NCBI GenBank assembly: GCA_949290565.1
Contig: CASESH010000022.1
Span: 9 to 64,008 of the forward strand
DNA length: 64,000 nt
DNA from: an uncultured Christensenella sp.
GTDB taxonomy: Bacteria > Bacillota > Clostridia > Christensenellales > UBA1242
Reading direction: 5' to 3'
The stretch's first letter is position 1. The number at the start of each line of letters is the position of its first letter. The position numbers were made by a program, and so were the translations under genes. Below are positions 31,001 through 40,728 of the stretch, piece after piece. The notes under the pieces were generated by a model. That model was given only the letters and a program-made list of their open reading frames with translations. It was not told the DNA's origin and made no database searches.

Positions 31001-34000
31001 TTGAGTTCATTTAAAAGGGAAGAATCTAGATTTTTAAATGGATTTAGATAAATAATTTGATTGAAAGTGGAATTTAAGGTTTCATTTTTAACAGTTACAG
31101 CACCCCAACCTAATTTGGAATATAATTCTGTTAAAGTAAACTTTAAAGAGGCCGTTAAATTACTATCGCTAGTAGGTTTAAAGGTTAATTTTTCAGTATC
31201 TTGTCCATCAATAGAAAGAATGTCATAATTGTTTGAATTGTTTGGACTAAAATAAACTGTATAACTTCTGTAATTTCCAGCACTATCTCTTTCAATAATT
31301 TCGTAATATCCACTTGTATTCTCGCCATAAATTTTAATTAATTGATTATAGAGTGAAGTGTTTGAGTATGTTATTTGATAATATGTTGTACTGCCAATTG
31401 AAATAATTCCATTATTTAAGGTTGTTTCTGAAAATTTTGGATATCGTGCAAAGTTTGATGAATTTTGGTAAATAGATGAATTTAGCATATCTGGGGTAAT
31501 ACTTGGATATTCACCAAAATATTTGCTGTATTTTCTAACATAGAAATATGAAATAGTATCGTCAGTATAATGAGAAAGGACATAATTTTTATTTAAACCA
31601 AACGAGTAAGATATTGAAGAAGGAATAGAATCTAAATTGTTTATATTAAAATTTTCTTCTTTAAATGAGGATAGGGAAGAAGAATAATAAGTAGTTAAGA
31701 AACTTTCATTTTCTATTAATTTATCAATATTCTGATTTGGCTTTGTCCTATCAATATTAAATGTATAGTTAGTTTGTTTAAATGAATATGAAGAAGAAGT
31801 GCTGTTATCATAGGTTAAGAGAATATCATATGAAAGTTCTTCATCTAAACTAAAATTTAAAGAATAAGAATATCTATAATATTCAGTGCCATCAAAATTT
31901 TCACTAGGGAACAGCTGATTATAATAATTTACTTTTAAATAAATAAGGAAATCATTTTGGGAAATATTATCTTTATTTATTTTTGAAACAATTTGGCTAT
32001 TTTTATTATAAACTAAACATAAATTGTTTTCAGCAAGTTCTTTAAGAGTGCTTTCATTTAAAACAAAATTGTAGTAATTTGTTGTGTTATTTGTTTGAAT
32101 GGAAACTTGAATAAGAGAAATCTTAGAAAGGTATGGTGTCCTATCATCATTCCATTTTAAATATGCTTGGTTCTTTGTCGAACTCAAACCTGAATATACT
32201 TGTAAATTTGTGCCAAATGTATTACTAAAATTTTGCAGTTTATTTTCAATAAAACTAGAAGTGTTTTGATTGTAAGAATTTGTGTAGAAATCTCCGCTAG
32301 GAGAAGAATATTTTATAGTAAAGGTATAAGTAAATATAGTAGGATTGGTATTTAGATTTAAATTTGATTGTTCGTTGTACACATAACCGGTATTGTCAGA
32401 AATTATAATTTGATATGTTCCTTCGGCATCAAATATTAATTCACCGTTTGTTGAAGTTAGTTGAGAAGAAGTACATAAACCGGTAGTTTTATTGTAACCA
32501 TCAATTATGTAAGTGGTTAATCTATTGTTTTTATCCGTATAATTAATTGTTACATTTAACTTTGCAAAATCTAATGTGCTTGCAAGATAACCTAATGGTT
32601 GTGTAGAATCGTAAATGAAATATTTACTAAATGGAACATTAATTTTAACGGGAACTTGATTAGTTGTTAATTCATTATTATAAAAGAAATCTCTATAAAT
32701 CCAAGAATTAGAATTATTATAGTTTAATGTAAAATTAATATTGTTTCCTACTAATTTTTCTGAATTATCTTGTGAAGTAGTTGGAGAACTTATAATTTCA
32801 TTATGGTCTATATAAACAACATATTGTCTTACTTTCAAATCATAATTAAACAAATGAACATATACATCATTAGTTTCATCATAGTAGTAATCACCACCTG
32901 TGCCATCGCTTGTTGGTATATATTGACCATTTACAAAGTTGTAATTTCCACCCACATAAGTTCTAGTAATAATATACTTACCTGGTTTAGAAATAATCGT
33001 ATCAGAATTATCTTTTGTTGTTAGATTAATTCCATTGTTAATATGTTTAATCTGACCATCAACTTCATCTTGATAGGTAACTAAATTTTCATTATCAATA
33101 GTAGGATTTAATGCAAAAGGATAAGTAGTTTTGGAGAAATTTGAATCACTAGAATCAAGTGCAAAAGGATAGTATGAATACGTAATAGATTTTACTTGGT
33201 AATATATTGCCAAATCTCCTGAATGCTCGGTATATTCAAATCCCAATACATTTAAGTTTGTACCACTATTGTTATCTATATAAAAAGATTCATTGGTATC
33301 ATTATATGCGAAATATGTTCCTTTTATATAATCAGTTGTCATTCTTATTTGTTTATTTGAAGTTAATTTATTTGCGTTTTGTAAACTAAATAAATAAGTT
33401 GCTTCACCACTTAATTGATAATCTCCAAAGGTATAAATATCTACATAGATATTTCCACTTGGTTGTGTTTTATCTGTTGGTAACAACATATCATAGTTGT
33501 CGTTAGGTAAAATGAAATAATATCCATTGTTTAAAGTTTGTGAAAACAAATCATTTTGAGAATTATAAACAACATATTCAGATAAATTTTTTAGTATAGT
33601 TTCATAAAATCCAAAAGTTATTTTTTCTTTTTGAATTAACTCGCCTGTATTTAAATTATAACCTTGTTTATAACTATTGTCATCAATTTGAATTGTAACA
33701 TCTTCATCAAGATTAGGGAGTTTAAGAGCCTTGTGAGAACCAAAATATAATCTTGTATCTCTGTCAACAAAATTTCCTGGATTATTAATAGGGTCATATG
33801 TATTGTTCCACAATGAAGCTTCAGTTGTTTCAGACCAATTACCTTGTGCTATGGCAGGTAATGAATTATCTAAAAGTACAACTATTTTAGAATAATTTCC
33901 TGCTTGGTCGTATAAGTAAAAGAAATATAAGCCTTCACTTTTAAAAAAGTTGTTAGAATTTAGAGTTGATAAATTATAACTATTTTCATAATTGCTTTGG

Positions 34001-36546
34001 TCATTTTTAATTGCTCCATAAAAAGAGTAACCATTTGTAAGGTAATAATTTGAATTGTCTTGTTTTAATAGAGAATAGTCACGATTATCTTTATAAAGTT
34101 CCATATAGCAAATATATAAATAGTTCTTTGCATTACTTAATTTATTTTCCCAGCCTAGGGTAAAAGATGAATTTGTTAAATAAAATTGAGTAGGAATTTG
34201 TTCGTTAGTTGATGATAAAGGGGTAATGGCGTTTGATTTCATGTAAATTCCATTATTTGAAATAACAGAATTAACTGAGATATTAGAAAAAGAATGTTTA
34301 TCAATGTTAAAATTATATTTGACATAACTTGAATTTGATTTACTGATAGTAACTTCATAATAGCCATTATTACTAAATGTTACATTGGATAATTGATTAA
34401 CAACATAATAATTATAAGTTTTCCCATCTTTTAAGTAGGTGTCAAGAGAGCCATCACTTTTTGTTTTTAAACTTAATGTGCCAGAATAATCAAAAGTAGA
34501 GTTATAAAGTGCTGAAAATTTATAAGTTACAGTGAAAGGCACAGAGAATAAGTTGTTTTTTTGCTCAATGCCAATTAAAATATCTTTATTTGTATATGAA
34601 TTAAAATCATAAATTATATCATTACGAGTATCAACTGCTTGAATGTAGAGGCTTTCAATTGAATTATTTATTTTAAAGAATACGTATTGACAACCGCTTA
34701 CAGTAGTATGTTTAGTGTAAATTTCATTGTTATCTCCCATATATAACATAGGAATAGATGCTGAATAATCTAACTTCATTAAATAGATTCCATTGCTAGT
34801 TATAGAGGCGCTCTGAGTATATAAAAGAGTCTCTTTATCAATAAATTCATCAAATTCATTGCCATTTTCGGTTGGGTTCATTGTGTAAGTTTTAAATTCT
34901 TCAATCAATTGACTTTCAGAAGTAGAAACGTCTAAAAGAATATATTTTGCCGTATTTTGTATACCAGATAGATTTCCATAACTGTGGAATTTTAAAGGAA
35001 CCTGATTTGTTGTTGGAATACTATCTGGAACATAGAAATAATTTCCAGCATTTGTATTTATCTCATTGTCTTTTGTAATAGAGTTGTATGAATATAGAAC
35101 ATTGTTTGTGTAGTCATTTTTCAAAGGCAATTCTTTAAGATATGTTGATGACTGAGTATTTAAATCTTGGTATCTTAAATCATAACCAAAAATAATTAAA
35201 TTTTGTATTGTTAAATTTTTTTCGACTTGTTCATTAAACAAATCTTTATTAACTTTAACATAATCTTGGTTTAAAGTTCTTACAATAACGTCTAGGTTAA
35301 ATGAATAAATGCCTTGAAATGTTGAAGTCTTCAAAATATCAGAATTTGGTAAAATAAAATTGTTTTCAAAATCTTGTAAATCAAAGTGTGCTTCATATTT
35401 AATATCATTATTTTCATACGTATAAAAACTATAAGTTTTATTAATTTGAGGAGAAAAGAGTGTAATTATACCTGTATAGTCTGTATTGTTTGAGATTGCA
35501 AAACTTTGGAAATTAATTTCATATAAATTTCTATTATTTTCATAAGTAAAATTTAAGGCAAATTTAGTTGCGTCAAATTTAACGATTGGGGCTTGTTCAT
35601 AATTGTAGTTATAAAAATTATATTCTTCAATAATTTCTTCATTAGAATCTTCATTTGTATAGGTGTCTGTATTAATAAATTCCATAGGCATAGACTCTTT
35701 TAAATATTCACTATAATCTATAACATAAAAAGAAATTTTGAAAACGCATGTGCCTGATACATAGTTACCTTGTTTATAATTATAAGTAATGGTTAAGTTA
35801 TAGAATCCCGTTCTTGCTGAGACATTATTTTTCTCACCATTTCCTCCTAAATAATTATCCTGAGTTGTTCCAAAATCTCCGCCCGTTCCATTTGAAGAAA
35901 TAATAGGGCAGTGAACATTTGGATTGTTTTGACCATTAAGCATAAGTTCTTGAAGATTTAATGCAAAGGTATATGTATTATTATCAGTTGAAATTATTGA
36001 ATCAGGTGTTGTAGATAATATAATTTCATTTTCATAAGCAGATGTTTGAAGAGTTAAATTTATAGTGCTAAGTGTAATATTTGAAATTGTAGAACTATTT
36101 GTTGATTCAAAATGATATAAATCATTAAATTTAAAGAATAAGTTTGTGTTATATAGAGGTGTTAAAATGTCGTTTGTTGCAGATGCTTGCGAAGATAGCA
36201 AGAAGTAAGGAACGGAAGAATCTACCATTGTATATTCATAAATTCCGGTAGTATTGTTTTTTGTGGCTGTAAATTGAGGATAGTAGTCTGTTATTGTGTA
36301 TTCAGTGTTTTCGCCTTCGCCAACTTTGGTACTAGTAAATAAAGAAAAAGGAATATCACCATCAGTGATAAGACTAGCGTTGTTTGAGTTTTCTGTCTTG
36401 TTAGAATAAGACTGACCTACTGAGTAGTCTGCTTGAACTTGTTGAAACGACTTTTTTTCATCTTTAAACTCAAATATATATACACTAAATAATGCAAATA
36501 TCAATAAACTAGAAAGTAATAAATTTTTGAATTTAGAAAATTTCAT
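28096..36546 (-). CDS. giant surface protein (2816 aa) with N-terminal signal sequence and C-terminal TM anchor
   Basis: Uninterrupted 8.4-kb ORF with GAGGTG RBS. The signal-like N-terminus is MKFSKFKNLLLSSLLIFALFSVYIF. The body is rich in N/Y/S/T/I. The C-terminus is FAIIAIVVGVLALIALIIVIIKL followed by RTKMKIR. There is no LPXTG. Confidence 0.85.
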   Translation of the reverse strand: MKFSKFKNLLLSSLLIFALFSVYIFEFKDEKKSFQQVQADYSVGQSYSNKTENSNNASLITDGDIPFSLFTSTKVGEGENTEYTITDYYPQFTATKNNTTGIYEYTMVDSSVPYFLLSSQASATNDILTPLYNTNLFFKFNDLYHFESTNSSTISNITLSTINLTLQTSAYENEIILSTTPDSIISTDNNTYTFALNLQELMLNGQNNPNVHCPIISSNGTGGDFGTTQDNYLGGNGEKNNVSARTGFYNLTITYNYKQGNYVSGTCVFKISFYVIDYSEYLKESMPMEFINTDTYTNEDSNEEIIEEYNFYNYNYEQAPIVKFDATKFALNFTYENNRNLYEINFQSFAISNNTDYTGIITLFSPQINKTYSFYTYENNDIKYEAHFDLQDFENNFILPNSDILKTSTFQGIYSFNLDVIVRTLNQDYVKVNKDLFNEQVEKNLTIQNLIIFGYDLRYQDLNTQSSTYLKELPLKNDYTNNVLYSYNSITKDNEINTNAGNYFYVPDSIPTTNQVPLKFHSYGNLSGIQNTAKYILLDVSTSESQLIEEFKTYTMNPTENGNEFDEFIDKETLLYTQSASITSNGIYLMKLDYSASIPMLYMGDNNEIYTKHTTVSGCQYVFFKINNSIESLYIQAVDTRNDIIYDFNSYTNKDILIGIEQKNNLFSVPFTVTYKFSALYNSTFDYSGTLSLKTKSDGSLDTYLKDGKTYNYYVVNQLSNVTFSNNGYYEVTISKSNSSYVKYNFNIDKHSFSNISVNSVISNNGIYMKSNAITPLSSTNEQIPTQFYLTNSSFTLGWENKLSNAKNYLYICYMELYKDNRDYSLLKQDNSNYYLTNGYSFYGAIKNDQSNYENSYNLSTLNSNNFFKSEGLYFFYLYDQAGNYSKIVVLLDNSLPAIAQGNWSETTEASLWNNTYDPINNPGNFVDRDTRLYFGSHKALKLPNLDEDVTIQIDDNSYKQGYNLNTGELIQKEKITFGFYETILKNLSEYVVYNSQNDLFSQTLNNGYYFILPNDNYDMLLPTDKTQPSGNIYVDIYTFGDYQLSGEATYLFSLQNANKLTSNKQIRMTTDYIKGTYFAYNDTNESFYIDNNSGTNLNVLGFEYTEHSGDLAIYYQVKSITYSYYPFALDSSDSNFSKTTYPFALNPTIDNENLVTYQDEVDGQIKHINNGINLTTKDNSDTIISKPGKYIITRTYVGGNYNFVNGQYIPTSDGTGGDYYYDETNDVYVHLFNYDLKVRQYVVYIDHNEIISSPTTSQDNSEKLVGNNINFTLNYNNSNSWIYRDFFYNNELTTNQVPVKINVPFSKYFIYDSTQPLGYLASTLDFAKLNVTINYTDKNNRLTTYIIDGYNKTTGLCTSSQLTSTNGELIFDAEGTYQIIISDNTGYVYNEQSNLNLNTNPTIFTYTFTIKYSSPSGDFYTNSYNQNTSSFIENKLQNFSNTFGTNLQVYSGLSSTKNQAYLKWNDDRTPYLSKISLIQVSIQTNNTTNYYNFVLNESTLKELAENNLCLVYNKNSQIVSKINKDNISQNDFLIYLKVNYYNQLFPSENFDGTEYYRYSYSLNFSLDEELSYDILLTYDNSTSSSYSFKQTNYTFNIDRTKPNQNIDKLIENESFLTTYYSSSLSSFKEENFNINNLDSIPSSISYSFGLNKNYVLSHYTDDTISYFYVRKYSKYFGEYPSITPDMLNSSIYQNSSNFARYPKFSETTLNNGIISIGSTTYYQITYSNTSLYNQLIKIYGENTSGYYEIIERDSAGNYRSYTVYFSPNNSNNYDILSIDGQDTEKLTFKPTSDSNLTASLKFTLTELYSKLGWGAVTVKNETLNSTFNQIIYLNPFKNLDSSLLNELNQFFVSQLDRRFSFTLSKYNSSFPTISKYVNIITNVNTAKLNPPEIVEVVDLQTNKTTYNLVLPTYSASSTLYLTSLTLKNYSTETKQWNTIYTYSTKEEVYLNNPIKNLQKGIYQVVYTDNYNKLPYSYNLYVGEYKINDTNIEYTFEYNKIQQNENTYYTGGNVQVTYEGNIYKVEVNGILYSGTNYEQTSPSLAKENCKTFTLTSNYTYDNIPANNSVGGNTRYIVRYYDITDNSLQKEVTFNIFNELPEITLLNYNDPSDEIASSLEESSSHITNSRVVIDFGMISDCDYDILNDSQDNQVTIATLYLKNSRGEYASPTIINRNYTVMEEGYYKLELKNSLLGNYRTIYFVIQFGDLPIYTITANNETLQYSKYEIFDLTSTSTNNLAYFNSSSSSSSILQVLFNALTSLKDDGFLLNQISTQTEYKTLTYHLGFDDEGNYILGQGNANVTNINHFYSIYDTQIIYNSNVDLKVIEFCFKNNILQNYYIVDSNSKNPTPENVGNDYWTTIYLVYDLSGPTIIKLFAITKTPENSNLLNQKLYYNQNSIINLTGANQSEIVLTNDNISGNSFNLSWNMLSTSQASTYWYNQGNYIYALDRYGTYIDYEILNNFLNSTSKQIYSTISNSGTHNLMFKDLAGNTHIFSNISNPNEYRIHILTEVIYNIRYQNKLYNPIQYGIFNDSLELVIDEFYLNNNYYSMRDVSISVSLNGINNTQYSQNNNVFLFTSPGTYKITIEGKYNNKSLNNAIYNFTIISTKSARIAFGFSEVKGYEILQVIKDGRDISENFMVNNKIAYLNINANDSKSGNGKYTITLKYGNRETDVLTFSFLISNYIPNISCSIPYGDSSKSDIVLSFNSEYIYSQLGQCYINILIYNSDSDVFYLFDRIDIDESNISTNNSYTLTEPYSYFIEVKTANGDTITSFRVTKVEPLNTFAIIAIVVGVLALIALIIVIIKLRTKMKIR

Positions 36547-36719
36547 AATTCACACCTCATTTGTTATTATTCCACAAAACTAGTACTAATATTATAATTT
36601 AATACAATATATTATATATTACCATAATAGAAATTAAACTCAAAACAAAATGAAAAATTTTATTTTAAATAATTTTTAAAAAAGAGGTGTAGGTTGAAAA
36701 TTAAAATATGAATATAAGT

Positions 36720-36748
36720 AAAAAAAAGTAGTCAATAAATTGACTACT
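36720..36748 (-). terminator. intrinsic terminator immediately after the T4CP gene (minus strand)
   Basis: Perfect 9-bp stem AGTAGTCAA (36727-36735) / TTGACTACT (36740-36748). On the minus strand it is followed by a T7 run, the complement of 36721-36727. Confidence 0.75.
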
Positions 36749-38758
36749 CTAAAAATCTATTGGAGTAAATGTTGGTCTATTTCCAAGAACTATTCTATTC
36801 CTATTTACAATGCTATATAAAATTTCTGCTTCGTTTAAAGACCTTGATGGAACATAACCGGTATGCGTATCGTTATGGTCAAACATAGGAACTCTGAAAT
36901 ACCTAGTTGTTTTTACCCTCATAGGAAATTCATTTTGAATTTTGATAATGAATTCACCCGTACCATCTTTAACATTTAAATGTCCTAGTTCATCAGGATA
37001 AATTAAAGGTCGAGAAACAGTTGAAACACTTTTTGATTTATTTGGAGTATCTTTTCCATTTGCATCTTTTTGTTTGCTTTCAGAGGTTGAAGTAACTTCA
37101 AGTGTTATATCTCCACAAAGTTTACTAAATTCTTCACGAGTTTTTGCATCTGGGGTACCAATGAAAATACTTATTAAACAGTTGCCAATAATTGTTTCGG
37201 CTACTTCGTTACCATATTTTGAACTTAATTGACTATAAGACTGAATAACAAGTGAGAAGTAAATATTTCTACTACGAGAAACAGTAATCATCGTGTCAAT
37301 TTTTTCTATTTTTGGTAAATTAGCAAATTCATCCAGCAAAAAGTAAACGGCACGAGGTAATTTGCCATTTTTGTATTTATTTGCTAAATCAACTAATCTA
37401 CTATAAAGTTGAGAAACCATCATGGTAGCAATGCCATGTCTAGAATCTTTTTCATCTGGAATTATAATAAATAGGGCAGTAGGCTTATCTGCGAAAGATT
37501 CAAAGTTCATTTCATTTTCGCTTGTAGCAAAACACATACCACTATCATTGAAAGTACTAAGAGCAGAAGTAACGATACCCATATAACTCTTTGTTGCACC
37601 AGGAGCGTTGTTAATAGCACCACTTACTAATGGTAATGCCTTGCTATAAGGAGACCTTCCTAAGAAATATTTCTTTAAAGTTTCAAATGGATTGTCTGGA
37701 TTGTTATCTTTATAGTTCGCAATCTTTGATAAATTGTAAAAATTATATCTTTCTCTTGTCATGCCAAGTCTTTCATCAGCACTGTCTTCTAACATAGCGA
37801 GCAAAGTTCCATAAATGAATTCCTGAGCACCTCTTTCCCACGTTTGCTCAGTCTTAGCAGTGATGGGACAAAGAATTCTAGAAATTTCTCTTAAATCATT
37901 TTCAGCCAAGTCAATTAATTGTGCTTTTTTAGATTTTACATCAGTATCTAGCATTTCTTTATTAGGATATGCAACACCATCAAGTTCGTACCATTCATTG
38001 TTGTACTCATTTGCAATAATTTCAAGATTTAAATCTGCCGGATTTACTCCAACATATGTTTTTATTTCTTTCTCTAAGTTTATCGCTTTATTATAAAGTT
38101 GATAAGCATTGTCAAGAGGGTTCCACTTTGTAGAACCAAAAGGCTGTCTTAAATCAAAAACCTTAATTTCATAGCCTTCTTTTTTTAATTTATTGTAGTG
38201 ATGCTGGTAAAGTTCTGCCTTAGGGTCTGTTATAACAAAACTAGGTTTTGTTTTTGTCGATGACATAATTTGAATAGTAGGGTCAATGTATTGTTGAGTT
38301 TTACCTGAACTAGTTGCACCAATTATTAGGGTATGGATTGGACTGTACATATTTATATGAAGATTATTTCTTTCTAGGTAACTTCTAAGTAAAATACCAT
38401 CTGGACTATTGTGTATATTGTTCCAAGTACAATACATAAACCTTTTTTCAGTCCTCAATTCTTTTTCCGTTACCCATCTTGAATCAAAGTATTGAGAAAT
38501 GTCTTTTCCTTCTTTTGTTTTTGCTCCAAGTTGACTTTTATCCTCAGTTTTACCATCTGCAAACTTATTTAATAAATAGACTATATAGGCACCTCCACAA
38601 ATAACTACCGGGAGAATTGTGTAAGAAGATGAAGTTAATGCTTCAAAATTAAAAGGTTGTCCATCTTGTGTCATAAAATAGGCTAATGCTAGTCCTGCTG
38701 CATAAGACAGGGCAAGAATAGGGAAAAGTAACAAAAGTCTTTTAAAACCTTTTTTCAT
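36749..38758 (-). CDS. type IV secretion coupling protein (VirD4/TraG/TcpA family ATPase)
   Basis: Two N-terminal TM helices, Walker A IIGATSSGKTQQ, ITDPKAELY, Walker B VYFLLDEFANLPKI and SRSRNIYFSLVIQSYSQL. These are typical T4CP motifs. Confidence 0.9.
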   Translation of the reverse strand: MKKGFKRLLLLFPILALSYAAGLALAYFMTQDGQPFNFEALTSSSYTILPVVICGGAYIVYLLNKFADGKTEDKSQLGAKTKEGKDISQYFDSRWVTEKELRTEKRFMYCTWNNIHNSPDGILLRSYLERNNLHINMYSPIHTLIIGATSSGKTQQYIDPTIQIMSSTKTKPSFVITDPKAELYQHHYNKLKKEGYEIKVFDLRQPFGSTKWNPLDNAYQLYNKAINLEKEIKTYVGVNPADLNLEIIANEYNNEWYELDGVAYPNKEMLDTDVKSKKAQLIDLAENDLREISRILCPITAKTEQTWERGAQEFIYGTLLAMLEDSADERLGMTRERYNFYNLSKIANYKDNNPDNPFETLKKYFLGRSPYSKALPLVSGAINNAPGATKSYMGIVTSALSTFNDSGMCFATSENEMNFESFADKPTALFIIIPDEKDSRHGIATMMVSQLYSRLVDLANKYKNGKLPRAVYFLLDEFANLPKIEKIDTMITVSRSRNIYFSLVIQSYSQLSSKYGNEVAETIIGNCLISIFIGTPDAKTREEFSKLCGDITLEVTSTSESKQKDANGKDTPNKSKSVSTVSRPLIYPDELGHLNVKDGTGEFIIKIQNEFPMRVKTTRYFRVPMFDHNDTHTGYVPSRSLNEAEILYSIVNRNRIVLGNRPTFTPIDF

Positions 38759-38978
38759 ATTATCACTCCATAATAAATAAAAGATATATTTTAGTATATA
38801 ATAAATTTGTGATTTAAATCAAATAAAATAATGAGAAAAAATGATAATGCGTAATTATTTGTTTTCAAATAAAAAAAATCTTTAAAAATTAAAAAAAGTG
38901 TTGAAATTTGTTTGCATATTGTTTTATTTTATGTTAAATTACAATTAGTTGTTTTAAAAGGATTAATGGAGGAAGTTA

Positions 38979-39329
38979 ATGTTTAACATTTTTAATCTTT
39001 TTGGCGGACCATTTGCACAACAAATACAAGACAACTTTAATAAGGCAAATTCTGTTGAGTGGATTAAACCAATAGTTGAATTCTTAGATAGAATTATTTG
39101 GCCTCTTACAATTATTGTGGCAATAGTTGGTGCAATTTGGGTAATTTGGCTTGGTATAAAAATGGCTAAGGCTGAGGAGGCTTCTAAGCAAAAGGAAGCA
39201 AGAAAGGCATTAATTAATGTTGCAATAGCAATGTTAGTTACATTAATTATTGTTTGGTTATTAACTTGGTTTACTGCAAATTTACCTGCAATATTTAAAG
39301 ATAATAAACCATTCAGTGATTTATCATAA
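38979..39329 (+). CDS. VirB2/TrbC-like (T4SS pilin-like) two-TM small protein, paralogue 1
   Basis: 116 aa with a GGAGG RBS. Two hydrophobic helices are separated by the charged loop KMAKAEEASKQKEARKA. The call also rests on its context next to VirB4 and VirD4. Confidence 0.6.
   Translation: MFNIFNLFGGPFAQQIQDNFNKANSVEWIKPIVEFLDRIIWPLTIIVAIVGAIWVIWLGIKMAKAEEASKQKEARKALINVAIAMLVTLIIVWLLTWFTANLPAIFKDNKPFSDLS
39087..39272 (+). repeat. 186-bp near-identical segment, copy 1 (pairs with 39463-39648)
   Basis: By-eye alignment shows 3 mismatches in 186 nt against 39463-39648, whereas the flanking coding sequence of the same two genes is much more diverged. Confidence 0.85.
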
Positions 39330-39354
39330 AATTTTATTAAAATTTGGAGGAGAA

Positions 39355-39735
39355 ATGTATAGTTTATTTAATTTATTAGGTGGGCCATTTGAAAATCAAA
39401 TTAGTTCTGGCTTTGGTGAAGATAGTTCGGTCGCTTGGTTAAAACCGATAGTCGAGTTCTTGGATAGAATTATTTGGCCTCTTACAATTATTGTAGCAAT
39501 AGTTGGTGCAATATGGGTAATTTGGCTTGGTGTAAAAATGGCTAAGGCTGAGGAGGCTTCTAAGCAAAAGGAAGCAAGAAAGGCATTAATTAATGTTGCA
39601 ATAGCAATGTTAGTTACATTAATTATTGTTTGGTTATTAACTTGGTTTGCAGCTAACCTATCTGCTATTTTTGATGATAATAAACCATTTAGTGATTTGC
39701 CAAAAACTGCATTTAAAAATTTTTTAAAGTATTAA
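39355..39735 (+). CDS. VirB2/TrbC-like two-TM small protein, paralogue 2
   Basis: Start at ATG 39355 after GGAGGAG. The core is near-identical to paralogue 1. Confidence 0.6.
   Translation: MYSLFNLLGGPFENQISSGFGEDSSVAWLKPIVEFLDRIIWPLTIIVAIVGAIWVIWLGVKMAKAEEASKQKEARKALINVAIAMLVTLIIVWLLTWFAANLSAIFDDNKPFSDLPKTAFKNFLKY
39463..39648 (+). repeat. 186-bp near-identical segment, copy 2
   Basis: See copy 1. The mismatches are at GTG/GTA, ATT/ATA and ATA/GTA codons. Confidence 0.85.
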
Positions 39736-39753
39736 AATTTTAAAATGTCATAG

Positions 39754-39788
39754 AAAAGTCTAATTTTTGATTAGGCTTTTTTATTTTT
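39754..39788 (+). terminator. terminator after pilin-like paralogue 2
   Basis: AAAAGTCTAAT pairs with ATTAGGCTTTT (one G-U pair), followed by a T-rich run. Confidence 0.55.
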
Positions 39789-39965
39789 CACTTTTTTTAA
39801 ACATTAATTAATAATTATTGTTATTAAATATTTTTTAAATTAACGATTTCTTTTGCTTTATAACTTTGTTAGTTAATTTTTGTAACAAATATTAATTTTT
39901 ATTTGATTAAATTTGTTTTTGTGTGTTAAAATATAAAGAAATAAATTCTCGATAAAGGAGAAAAA

Positions 39966-40322
39966 ATGGGACTATTTAATTTTTTACTTGCCTCTAATGA
40001 CTATTTAACAGGAATTTTTGATGGTAGTAAATTAGAAGGTGAAGGTTATGAATATTTAATACCAATAGTTAAATTTTTTAATCAATTTTTAATTCCTATT
40101 TCAATAACTCTTTTGTTGGCAGGAACTTTCATATCAATATTTTTGGCTTTTATGATGATTAAACAAGAGGATTCTTCTAAAAAAACTGCTCTTAGAAGTA
40201 GATTAATTGGTATTGTTATAACTGTTTTAATAGTTACTGCTTTAATTTGGCTTCTTGCTTGGTTAATTGCAAACTATCCAGCAATTATGGGTAGTATTAG
40301 AGAAAATATTGATCCTAAATAA
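39966..40322 (+). CDS. VirB2/TrbC-like two-TM small protein, divergent paralogue 3
   Basis: 118 aa with the same architecture and alignable landmarks (..IPIVKFFNQFLIPISI.. / ..LIWLLAWLIANYPAI..). It has its own RBS (AAAGGAG) and its own terminator. Confidence 0.55.
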   Translation: MGLFNFLLASNDYLTGIFDGSKLEGEGYEYLIPIVKFFNQFLIPISITLLLAGTFISIFLAFMMIKQEDSSKKTALRSRLIGIVITVLIVTALIWLLAWLIANYPAIMGSIRENIDPK

Positions 40323-40500
40323 ATTACAAATTGTACCTTATTATCATTACTTTATTAACATAGGATTTTATATAATAATTATAAAATTTCCTTATAAATT
40401 AATTATTTTAAGATAAAGATAATTTAAAATAATTAATTCTTGGTAAATTGCTAGTTTAAACTATATTTTTCTGATTTATTTTGAATGTAATTATATTTAA

Positions 40501-40527
40501 AAACAAGTATTAAATGCTTGTTTTTTT
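40501..40527 (+). terminator. terminator after pilin-like paralogue 3
   Basis: ACAAGTAT pairs with ATGCTTGT (one wobble pair), followed by TTTTTTT. Confidence 0.55.
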
Positions 40528-40728
40528 AATATTTTTTTATTATTTACAAAAACTAACAAGTGTATATATTTCTTTGTATTTTATTTAGAAAAATTTTTAA
40601 TTTAATATAATTTTATTCTAAATTTTATATTAATTTTGGCGTATATTTTCTATGAAAGTATTTGGTTGTTTTTGTTGTTTTATGATAAAATAATTACAAA
40701 ATGGAAAACTAAAAGGGAGGAAGTATTT

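Noticed and set aside
28096-36546. The giant ORF as a pseudogene or assembly chimera.
   Set aside because: The frame is uninterrupted for 2816 codons with coherent composition, a proper RBS and signal peptide at one end, and a TM anchor plus terminator at the other.
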